Below are positions 48,584-57,800 of a stretch of 64,000 nucleotides of DNA, one piece after another; position 1 is the first letter of the stretch, and every line of letters begins with the position of its first letter. Position numbers and translations under genes: made by a program. The DNA is from an uncultured delta proteobacterium (GTDB lineage: Bacteria > Myxococcota_A > Polyangia > Polyangiales > Polyangiaceae), in NCBI GenBank assembly GCA_963782055.1, contig CAWAIF010000003.1, positions 3,392,001 to 3,456,000 of the forward strand. Reading direction: 5' to 3'. The notes under the pieces were generated by a model, which had not been told where the DNA came from, ran no database searches, and saw nothing but the letters and a program-made list of their open reading frames with translations.

Positions 48584-50029
48584 GTGTCTGAACGGACGCA
48601 GCCCGTGGGTGAGGGAGGGCGGGAGCGCAGTCCTTTCGCCGTCGCGGAGGGGGCCGCCTCGACCGCGCCCACCGCTCCCCACGCCACGCCCTCCGACGAC
48701 CCCGCAGCCCAGCAGACGGGGCCTGCGCGCTTCTGGAGCAAGCGGCAGGTGCGGCGGGGGATGGTCCTCGGCATCGTGCTGTCGGCGGTGTTCCACTACC
48801 TCATCAGTCCCTTCTCGGTGATGCCCGACGGCCCGCCCATCGACCTGCACGATCAGGAGGGCGAGCTCAGCATTCCGGTCGAGATCCTGGAGGACACCCC
48901 GCAGAAGGCGGAGACGCCGGCGCCCACGGCGACGGGCACGACGAGCAGCGTGGTGAAGGGGCCGGGGGACGCAGGGATCGACCGGGAGGTGCCCGACGCG
49001 CAGCCGGACGTCGTCGCCAACGCCGTGCTCGACGCGGGCGCGCCGCGCGACGCCGCCCCCGAGGACGCGGCTGTGGACGCCGAGGAGGCGGATGGCGCGG
49101 CGGTGGCCCTGGGCGGCGACGGCGGGGCGGGGACCGTCGCCGGACGGGACCCGCGGGCGATCCTCGGGGTCGTCGGCGCCGTCTCCAGCGACCCGGCGAA
49201 CGTCACGGTGGCCATCAACTTCCAGGTCATCCGCAAGCACCCCGAGGCGGCGCGGCTGGCGCCCATCCTGGGCGCCATCCCGCAGTGGCGCCAGTTCATG
49301 TCCGCCAGCGGCGGCACCGCGCTCCTCGACCCGCTGCACGACGCCGACTGGATGACCATCTGGGGGCCCTCCTTGCTGCACACCGAGCGCGACGCGGTCT
49401 ACGTGCAGTACTCCGCGCCCGACGCGGTGGTGGACGGCGTCATCGCCAAGGTGGCCAAGGGCTACGAGAAGGGCGGCCCGATCAACCTCCACGTGCGCGG
49501 GGTGAAGGCGTGGAGGGCCTACGCCGATCGCGCCGAGCGTGTCTTCATCCGGCCGCGCTCGCACGTGGCGATGATCGTGCCGTCCTCCCACGCCGCGGCC
49601 TTCGCCCGGGCCATCGCCGCGCACCCGGTCAACGCGCACTTCCGTCCCGGCGAGGCGCTGAGCTTCCGCGCGCTGCGGCCCGGGGGCTCCACCAACCTCA
49701 TTCCCTCCAGCATCTCCGAGCTGCGGATGTGGATCGTGCCGCGCAACGCCGACAGCGGCGCCGATCTCTACATCGAGGGCGACTGCCCCGACGCCGCCTC
49801 CGCGCAGCAGGCGGCGGAGAGCCTCAAGAACACCCTCCGGCAGAAGAACTCCTTCGGCGTGCGCATGCTCACGGCGGGCCTGCTCAACAACGTGGAGTTC
49901 TCCAGCGACGGCGCGATGGTCAAGGGGCACCTCTCGGCGTCCAAGGATCAGATCGACGCCATCCTCGGGCTGGCGGCGGGGCAGGTGGGCGCCACGCTCC
50001 CTCCGCCCGCCCCCGCCGCGTCGCATTGA
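48584..50029 (+). CDS. Hypothetical membrane-anchored periplasmic protein
   Basis: One TM (GIVLSAVFH), Pro/DAG-rich linker, globular C-terminal domain. Confidence 0.7.
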   Translation: MSERTQPVGEGGRERSPFAVAEGAASTAPTAPHATPSDDPAAQQTGPARFWSKRQVRRGMVLGIVLSAVFHYLISPFSVMPDGPPIDLHDQEGELSIPVEILEDTPQKAETPAPTATGTTSSVVKGPGDAGIDREVPDAQPDVVANAVLDAGAPRDAAPEDAAVDAEEADGAAVALGGDGGAGTVAGRDPRAILGVVGAVSSDPANVTVAINFQVIRKHPEAARLAPILGAIPQWRQFMSASGGTALLDPLHDADWMTIWGPSLLHTERDAVYVQYSAPDAVVDGVIAKVAKGYEKGGPINLHVRGVKAWRAYADRAERVFIRPRSHVAMIVPSSHAAAFARAIAAHPVNAHFRPGEALSFRALRPGGSTNLIPSSISELRMWIVPRNADSGADLYIEGDCPDAASAQQAAESLKNTLRQKNSFGVRMLTAGLLNNVEFSSDGAMVKGHLSASKDQIDAILGLAAGQVGATLPPPAPAASH

Positions 50030-50033
50030 GAGG

Positions 50034-50684
50034 ATGGGAATGAATTCAGCCCTCCGCTCCGTGCGCGCGCCGATCCTGGTGCTGGTGGCCCTGGCGGCGA
50101 TCGCCCTTCCGCGCGCCGCGCGGGCGGCCACCTCGTGCGAGGAGCTGGTGCGCTCCGGCCGCGCGCACGAGGCGGCGGGCGAGCCGGAGGTCGCCCTGCG
50201 GCGCTACACCGAGGCGGTCACCCTGGATGCCACGTGCGGCCCCGCGTACCTCGGCCTGGGATCGCTCCGGCTGCGCATGGGGGACGCGCGGGAGGCGGAG
50301 CACGTCTCCGACGTGGCGCTGGAGCACGTCCCGGCCCTGCGTGGCGCCTTCGAGCTGCGCGCCCGCGCGCGCTGGGCGCAGGGCCGGCAGGACGACGCCG
50401 AGTCGGACATGCTCGCCTACGCCGAGCGGGCGAGCGACCCGCGCCAGACGGTCGCCGCGCTGGTGGAGCTCGCCGCCTGGTACGACAAGACGCGGCGAGT
50501 CCCGGCGGAGCTGGCGTGCTGGCGGCGCATCCTGGCGACGGTGCCCCCGGACGACGCGGCGATGGTCGCCCGCGCCCGGACGATGGTGCGGGCCCTGGAG
50601 ATCTTCCTCGGCCCGGCCGACCCGGTCACCAGCCCCTCCCGGCGCGATCTGGTGCGGTCGGTCGTCGCCGCCGCGGCGCGCTGA
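50034..50684 (+). CDS. Secreted TPR protein
   Basis: Signal peptide ending ARA; TPR-like ALRRYTEAVTLDATCGPAYLGLG. Confidence 0.75.
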   Translation: MGMNSALRSVRAPILVLVALAAIALPRAARAATSCEELVRSGRAHEAAGEPEVALRRYTEAVTLDATCGPAYLGLGSLRLRMGDAREAEHVSDVALEHVPALRGAFELRARARWAQGRQDDAESDMLAYAERASDPRQTVAALVELAAWYDKTRRVPAELACWRRILATVPPDDAAMVARARTMVRALEIFLGPADPVTSPSRRDLVRSVVAAAAR

Positions 50685-50691
50685 GGCCTCG

Positions 50692-50838
50692 CTACTTCTT
50701 CTCCGGCTCGGCGTCCGGCGGCGGGGAGAGATCCTCGCGCGTCGGCGCCTTGGCGAGCACCCACGCCACCCAGATCACCAGCGCGCCGATGACGGCGGAG
50801 ACGACGTAGTAGAGGGGACGCGGGTCGGCGGGGAGCAT
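50692..50838 (-). CDS. 48-aa single-TM small protein (not in the ORF track)
   Basis: MLPADPRPLYYVVSAVIGALVIWVAWVLAKAPTREDLSPPPDAEPEKK*; nearly all codons end in G/C. Confidence 0.65.
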   Translation of the reverse strand: MLPADPRPLYYVVSAVIGALVIWVAWVLAKAPTREDLSPPPDAEPEKK

Positions 50839-50884
50839 GGGATTGCCATACCACGATGCCCGCGGGAGGGCACCGCAGCGCGCG

Positions 50885-51343
50885 CTACTTGACGTCGACG
50901 AGCTCGATCTCGAACTTCAGCCCGGCGTTGGGCGGGATGCTCGGCGGCTGACCCTTCTCGCCGTAGCCGAGGTACGCCGGGATGGTCAGCTCGCGCTTGC
51001 CGCCCACCTTCATGCCGGCGACGCCCTGCACCCAGCCCTTGATGACGCTGCCGTCGGCGAGCTTGAACTCCGCCGGCTTGCCGCCGTGGTCCTTGGAGCT
51101 GTCGAACTTGCGGCCGTTCATCAGGGTGCCGGTGTACTGCACCGAGACGGTGTCGCCGACGTGCGCCTCCTTGCCGGTGCCCACGACGACGTCCTTGATC
51201 TCCAGCTTGGCCGGCCCGGGCGGGAGGGGCTCGCCCTCGGCCGGCTTGAAGTCGCTGTTGTTCAGCTCGTCGACCTTCTTGGAGCAGCCCGCGAGCGCCA
51301 GCGTGAGCGCGGCGAGTGTCGTGAGCAACAGGAGTCTTCGCAT
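50885..51343 (-). CDS. FKBP-type peptidyl-prolyl isomerase lipoprotein
   Basis: LAGC lipobox; YTGTL..G.KFDSS, VIKGW, GMKVGGKRELTIP, IPPNAGLKFEIEL. Confidence 0.95.
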   Translation of the reverse strand: MRRLLLLTTLAALTLALAGCSKKVDELNNSDFKPAEGEPLPPGPAKLEIKDVVVGTGKEAHVGDTVSVQYTGTLMNGRKFDSSKDHGGKPAEFKLADGSVIKGWVQGVAGMKVGGKRELTIPAYLGYGEKGQPPSIPPNAGLKFEIELVDVK

Positions 51344-51428
51344 GGCCGCCTTAAAGCACGGACGGCCGCCACCGCAAGCCCGCTGTGCCGGGCATCGTGC
51401 CCCACGGCCGCGACGGGCGGCGTCTCGC

Positions 51429-53267
51429 CTACACGCTCTGCGCTTCCTCGATCGCGTCGCTGCGGCGCGGGCGCTTGTTGATGGAGAGGATGGCCTTGCG
51501 CACCCGGACGGCGTCGGGCGTCACCTCCACCAGCTCGTCGGCGTCGATCCACTCCATGGCGGTCTCGATGGTGAGCACGCGCGGGGGCGCGAGCAGCACG
51601 TTCTCGTCCTTGCCGTGGTTGCGGACGTTGGTGAGCTTCTTCTCCTTGATGACGTTGACGTCGGCGTCGTTGGGGCGGTTGTGCTCACCCACGATCATGC
51701 CCTCGTAGACATCGACGCCGGTGCCGAGGAAGAACTCGCCGCGCGGCTGCAGGTGGTGAAGCGCGTAGGGCGTGGAGACGCCAGCGCGATCCGACACGAT
51801 GGCGCCGGACTGGCGCTTCATCATGGGGCCGCCCCACGGCTCCCAGCCCTCGAACATGGTGTTGAGCAGGCCGGTGCCGCGCGTGGCGGTGAGGAACTCC
51901 CCGCGGAAGCCGATGAGGCCGCGGCTGGGCACCCGGTACTCCAGCCGCGCGCGGCCGTAGCCGGGGTTGGACATCTTGACCATGCGGCCGCGGCGCTCGC
52001 CGAGGCGCTCGGTCACCACGCCGATGAACTGCTCCGGCACGTCCACCACCACCAGCTCCACCGGCTCGTGCGGGGCGCCGTCGATGGTCTGCGTGACCAC
52101 CTCCGGGTTGCCGAGCTGCATCTCGTAGCCCTCCCGGCGCATCGTCTCGACCAGGATGGCGAGCTGCAGCTCCCCGCGCCCGAGCACGACGAAGGTGTCC
52201 GGCGAGTCGGTGTCCTGCACGCGGATCGCCAGGTTCCTGCGTGTCTCGCGCTGCAGGCGCTCGCGCAGGTGGCGGCTGGTGAGGAACTTGGACTGCTTGC
52301 TCTTGCCCGCGAACGGCGAGGTGTTGACGCCGATCTTCATCTTGATCGTCGGCTGCTCGACGTGGATGCGCGGGAGCGCGCGGGTCTCCCAGCCGGGGTC
52401 CTGGTCGACGATGGTGTCGCCGACGTAGACCTCCTCGATCCCGGCGATGCACACGATCTCGCCGGCGCGCGCCTCCTGCACCGGGGTGCGCTTGAGGCCC
52501 TCGAAGACGGAGAGGACCTTGATCGCGCCCTTGACCGTGTGGCCGTCCTTCAGCACACCCACCGGCTGGTTGGCGCGCGCGGTGCCCGCCACGACGCGGC
52601 CGACGGCGAGGCGGCCGGTGTAGTCATCGTGATCCAGGTTGTTGACCAGGACCTGCAGCGGCGCGGTGTCGTCGCCCTTGGGCTCCGGCACCGTCTTCAG
52701 GATGAGGTCGAAGAGCGGCTCCAGCGTGGTGGAGGGGTCCTCCAGGGAGGACTTCGCCACGCCCTGCTTGCCGATGGCGTAGATGACGGGGAAGTCGGTC
52801 TGCGTGTCGCTCGCGTCCAGATCGCAGAAGAGGTCGAAGACCTCGTTGAGGACGTCGTTCGGCCGGGCGTCGGAGCGGTCGATCTTGTTGATGACCACGA
52901 TGACGGGGAAGCCGAGCTCGAGGCACTTGCGCAGCACGAAGCGTGTCTGCGGCAGCGGGCCCTCCGCCGCGTCGACCAGCAGCAGCGCGCCGTCGGCCAT
53001 GAGCAGGGTGCGCTCCACCTCCCCGCCGAAGTCGGCGTGGCCGGGGGTGTCGACGATGTTGATCTTGGTGCCCTTCCACCGGACGCTGGTGTTCTTGGCG
53101 AGGATGGTGATGCCGCGCTCGCGCTCCAGATCGTTGGAGTCCATCACGCGCTCGGCGACCACCTCGTTGTCGCGGAAGGTGCCCGCCTGGCGGAGCATGT
53201 GGTCGACGAGCGTCGTCTTGCCGTGGTCGACGTGGGCCACGATGGCGACGTTGCGGATGGAAGGCAT
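51429..53267 (-). CDS. typA: Translational GTPase TypA/BipA
   Basis: NVAILAH-like [65 protein letters not shown]. Confidence 0.97.
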   Translation of the reverse strand: MPSIRNVAIVAHVDHGKTTLVDHMLRQAGTFRDNEVVAERVMDSNDLERERGITILAKNTSVRWKGTKINIVDTPGHADFGGEVERTLLMADGALLLVDAAEGPLPQTRFVLRKCLELGFPVIVVINKIDRSDARPNDVLNEVFDLFCDLDASDTQTDFPVIYAIGKQGVAKSSLEDPSTTLEPLFDLILKTVPEPKGDDTAPLQVLVNNLDHDDYTGRLAVGRVVAGTARANQPVGVLKDGHTVKGAIKVLSVFEGLKRTPVQEARAGEIVCIAGIEEVYVGDTIVDQDPGWETRALPRIHVEQPTIKMKIGVNTSPFAGKSKQSKFLTSRHLRERLQRETRRNLAIRVQDTDSPDTFVVLGRGELQLAILVETMRREGYEMQLGNPEVVTQTIDGAPHEPVELVVVDVPEQFIGVVTERLGERRGRMVKMSNPGYGRARLEYRVPSRGLIGFRGEFLTATRGTGLLNTMFEGWEPWGGPMMKRQSGAIVSDRAGVSTPYALHHLQPRGEFFLGTGVDVYEGMIVGEHNRPNDADVNVIKEKKLTNVRNHGKDENVLLAPPRVLTIETAMEWIDADELVEVTPDAVRVRKAILSINKRPRRSDAIEEAQSV

Positions 53268-53357
53268 GGCGCGCAGCTTGTAGCCGCCCGCCCCGGGTCG
53301 CGCAAGCGCGCGATCGGGCAAGGGCGTCACGGCCGAGGTGCCGCGAGGGCTACCGGG

Positions 53358-54533
53358 TCAGGGGTAGCTCGGGATGGGCGGGTCGTTGGGGAAGGCCAGG
53401 ACGTGGAGGCCGTAGCCGTCCACGCCTGCGTCGGACAGGAAGGCCTTCTGCGGGTCGCCCACCACCACGAAGGTGTAGTTGGAGTTGGCGGTGAAGTACT
53501 GGTCCGCACCGACCAGCTGCCCGGTGGTGCTCGCGTAGATGAAGGTGAAGGGCACCGGGAAGGTGGCGATCGGGGCGCCACCGTCGGGGTTGACCGCGCT
53601 CAGCACCAGCGCCGCGTTGCTGGCGGGCGGCAGGCTCAGGGAGGCCGCCGGCGCAGGCTTCAGCTGGGCGTAGTTGACCGGCGCGTTGTTCGGCGTGATC
53701 GGCTCGTAGACCACCCCCGCGTCGCTGCCGGCGTCGATCTCGGTCACGCCGGCGAGCAGGCCGGTGAAGAGCTTGGGAGACAGGTGCGCGACCTGGGCCC
53801 CGGACTTCTGCGTGTCGGCGATGATACGGTCGAGGTCGAAGATCTTGATGGCGACGTTCCCGAGGGTGCTGTCGTAGTCGGCGCCGCACGCGATGACGTT
53901 GGCGTTCGGGTCGGCGCTGGTCGGGAGGCAGCCGGTGGCGGCCAGGAGCAAGGTCTTGCCGGGCATGAAGGTGCCGGATGGGATGGGCGGCAGCTTCATG
54001 TAGTCGACGTTGGCGGTGAGGCCGCCGTCGCCCTGGAGCAGGGTGTCGCAGGCCACGGGGGCCACGCCGCCATCGGCGGGGGCCACGTCGCTCGCCACCT
54101 TGGACGCGATGATCACGTAGGGGACGATGACCTTCTGCGAGAGGTCCGCGCCGAGATCGGGGAGGGGCCCGCCGGTGCCTGGAAAGAGGCCGGGGAAGGG
54201 CAGCGAGCCCTCCGTCTTGTCCGGCAGGGGCGGGAAGGGCGCGATGACGGCGTCGGAGCCGTCGGACTTGGTGCCCACGGCGAAGCAAATGCGCACGGGG
54301 GGCACGTCGGGGGAGGCATGGACGACCAGGATCTTGGCGCGAGCCGGGCCGGCGTCAGCGGCGTCGCTGCCGGTGTCCGTGCCGGTGTCCGGGACGCCGT
54401 CGTCGATGACGTTCATGTCCGACCCGGCGTCCTGCGGGGTGGAGGTGTCGTCGCCGCTGCAGGCGGCTGTCCCTGCGGTCGCCGCCCCCGCCACCGCCGC
54501 CACGAAGCCCCACGCAAGCCACTTGTTCTTCAT
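53358..54533 (-). CDS. Lipoprotein with DUF4397-like beta domains
   Basis: TAAC lipobox, DAG linker, ILVVHASPDVPPVRIC and VAHLSP. Confidence 0.75.
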   Translation of the reverse strand: MKNKWLAWGFVAAVAGAATAGTAACSGDDTSTPQDAGSDMNVIDDGVPDTGTDTGSDAADAGPARAKILVVHASPDVPPVRICFAVGTKSDGSDAVIAPFPPLPDKTEGSLPFPGLFPGTGGPLPDLGADLSQKVIVPYVIIASKVASDVAPADGGVAPVACDTLLQGDGGLTANVDYMKLPPIPSGTFMPGKTLLLAATGCLPTSADPNANVIACGADYDSTLGNVAIKIFDLDRIIADTQKSGAQVAHLSPKLFTGLLAGVTEIDAGSDAGVVYEPITPNNAPVNYAQLKPAPAASLSLPPASNAALVLSAVNPDGGAPIATFPVPFTFIYASTTGQLVGADQYFTANSNYTFVVVGDPQKAFLSDAGVDGYGLHVLAFPNDPPIPSYP

Positions 54534-54652
54534 CGGTCCTCTTCCCACGCGGCGAGAGCTGGTGCTCCCCGCCAAGGTTGAGCTGGAGCCATAGCGCAAG
54601 TGTTGCCAACCTGCTATCGGGTTGTTCCAACCACCCCCACCCTGAACGCACC

Positions 54653-54677
54653 ATTGCAAGGGTGCTTGCACTCCGAC
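54653..54677. repeat. REP-like extragenic palindrome, degenerate copy 3
   Basis: ATTGCAAGGGTGCTTGCACTCCGAC, continuing to G at 54678. Confidence 0.5.
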
Positions 54678-54841
54678 GATCGGCGGCCGACCGGCGGGGA
54701 GGGGCCAGCGCGGCTGGGAGTCGGCAGGCGTGTTCCGGCGCCGTCGTGGTTGCTCGTACACGCGCCGTGTCGGCAGGCCCGCGACCCACCCCGGAATCAC
54801 TGGCCTTTTTCGGCGGCACGGGACTTGATGAGGCACTGACC

Positions 54842-57800
54842 ATGCGAGGTGTGCGCGTCGGATTCGTCCTCATGGGGCTGGTGCTGTTCACGAGCTGCCT
54901 GCAAGGCAGCCCCGGCGTCGTGCCTCGGGCCCCACGGACGCTGGGCCTGGGCACTGAGGATCCCGACCTGCCCTCGCGGAGGCCGTTCGGGGTGACCTTC
55001 GCCGGCCCGAAGGGACCGACCGTCGATGCCTCGGTCGTGACTGTGCTCTTCAACCGGCCGATGCATGCGCTGGAGATCGCGGAGGAGGCGTCCCCGCCGC
55101 CGATCCACATCGAGACCGCCGCAGGGGGGAAGGTGGCGGGGACCTGGCGATGGGTCGGCACCCACGCGGCCCGCTTCAGCCCCGTAAAGGCCCTGCCCCG
55201 CGCGACCGAGTTCCACGTGACGGTGCCCGCCGGCACCCGGGCGGTGGACGGGGCGACGATGAAGGACGCCTACGCCTTCTCCTTCTCCACGCCCCGCCCA
55301 GAGCTCGTCAATGTCTCGCCGTCGAGCGACCACCTGTCGCCCTCCGCCAGCTTCGAGCTGCGCTTCAACCAGCCGGTGGATGTCGCCGAGGCGCGGGGCC
55401 ACGTGAGCCTGCTGGTCGCGGGCAAGTTGCGCGCGTTCTCCGTCCGCCGGCCGCAGCCGGACGTGCCGGAGCTGGTCCAGCTCTCCCCCACCGCCGCGCT
55501 GCCCCTGGACACCGACGTGGATGTGGTGGTCAGCCCCGCCCTCGTCGGGATGGAGGGGCCGCTGACGGCGGGCACCCCCCACACCGTGGAGATGCGCACC
55601 TATGGCCCGCTGGAGATCAAGCGCCACACCTGCTCCACCGATACGCCACACGGCCGCTGCGCGGCGTTCTCCGGCGTGAGCATCGAGCTCACCAACGACG
55701 TGCCGGGCAAGGAGTTCGCCGCGCACGCGCGCATCGAGGGGCCGACGGTCGCCCGCGTGCACCACGCGCCCGACTACAGCTCCACCTACTGGACGCTGGG
55801 CAACGACCTTCGTCCCGCCGCTTCCTACCGCCTGGTGATCAAGGCCGGCATGAAGGACATCTACGGCCAGAAGCTCGCCCACGACGTGGTGTGGCCCTTC
55901 CAGACCGACGACGAGTGGCCGGCGCTGGACGTGGGCCTCACCGGCGGCACCTTCGAGGCGCGCGGGACCCACGCGGTGCCCGTGACCTCGCTCAACGTCG
56001 CGAAGTACGACCTGCTCACCGTGCCGCTCGACGAGGCCGGCCTGATGCACCTCCTCTTCACCGACCGCTCCTCCGGCCTCTACGACGTGGCGCGCGGGCT
56101 GCCGGGTGCCAAGGTGCAGACCATCGCGCCGCGCGCGGCCACCAACGCCGGGAGCACGCGCTCGGTCGCCCTCGACCACGTGCCGCCGCACGGGCGAGGC
56201 CCGATGGCCTTCGGTGTGCGATGGCCGTCGCGCGGCGGCTCGAGGGACGACCTGCGCCTGGTGACCATCACCGACCTCGCCATCACCGCCAAGATGAGCC
56301 GCTTCGGGGGCCTGGTCTGGGTGACCCGCCTCTCCGATGCCCGGCCCGTCGCCGGCGCCAGCGTCTCCATCCGCACTCCCAGCGGCGAGGCGTTCGGGGG
56401 CAAGACCGGATCGGACGGCGTGCTCGCGGTGCCCGCCGACAGGTACGCCGCCGTCGACGCCGAGGGCCGCGTGGACGAGGATGCCGTGATCGTGGTGCGT
56501 GACGGCGACGACTGGGCGTACCGCCGCATGAACGACGACGTGAGCCCGTGGTCGACCGGCGTGTACACCGACCTCACCGGCGCCACCGACCCCTTCGGGA
56601 TGCTCTTCGCCGACCGCGGCATCTACCGGCCGGGAGACACCGTGCGCCTCAAGGGGCTGGTGCGCGTGCCGGAGCCGCGCGGCACGAGCACGCCGCGCGG
56701 GCGGGAGATCGGCGTCACGGCGACCGACTCGCAGGGGCAGAAGCTGCTGGACACCAAGGTCAAGCTCGGGGCCTTCGGCGACTTCGCGCTGGATATCCCG
56801 ACGGCGCGCTCGACGCCGCTCGGGTACCTCGACATCCAGGCGATCACGCCGGACGCCCCGCGGAACCGCTGGGGCGGCTCCACCGGCCACATCGCCTCGA
56901 CGTCGGTGCGGCTGGCCGAGTACCAGCCCTCCGAGTTCAAGGTGGGCGTGGAGACGAGCAAGCCCTCCTACGTCCGCGGTGACCCGGCGAGCTTCACCGT
57001 CCACGGCGACTACCTCTTCGGCGCGCCGATGGGCGGCGCCGGCACGCGCTACACCGTGACGCGCGGGGAGACCAGCTTCACCCCGCCCGGCGCCGAGGAC
57101 CTCGTCGTCGACGACGGCACCTACTACGACGGCCTGCCCGACGCGCCGTCGCGCGCCACCGAGCTGGACGCCAAGGAGGTCAAGCTGGACGCCAAGGGCA
57201 CCTTCGGCGCGAACATGGCGCTGGCGCTCCCCGGTCAGCGCGGCCCGGAGGTCGTCACCGTGGAGGCGGAGGTCACCGACCTGACCCGCCAGAGCATCGC
57301 CGGCCGCTCCAGCGTGGTGGTCCACCCGGCGGACTTCTACGTCGCCGAGGAGCCGCTCGACGGCTACTTCTTCGACAAGGGCAAGCCCATTCGCGTCGGC
57401 GTCGCCGCGATCACGCCGGAAGGCGCGCACCGCGCCGGGACGAAGGTGGACGTGGTCCTCATCCGCCGCACCTGGCGCACCATCCTGCAGCGCACCGGCG
57501 ACACCGGCGCGCGCTACGACTCGCACGCCGTCGACGAGATCGCCGGCCGGTGCAGCGTCACGACGACCGCCAAGCTCGCCGGGTGCGCGGTGACGCCGCG
57601 CGCGGGCGGCTACTACATCCTTCGCGCCGTCGCGAAGGACGCGAAGGGCAACACCGTCGGCGCCAGCCAGTCGGCGTACGTCCTGGGCGACGAGGGGAGC
57701 ATCGGCTGGGACACCGACGACGCCAACGTGGTCAAGCTCACCCCCGACCGCAAGTCGTACGAGGTCGGGCAGACCGCGCGCATCCTGGTCAAGAACCCCT

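Noticed and set aside
54814..54828. sigma54-like CGGCACG-N4-TTGA upstream of A2M
   Set aside because: Lacks the conserved -12 GC; insufficient support from sequence alone
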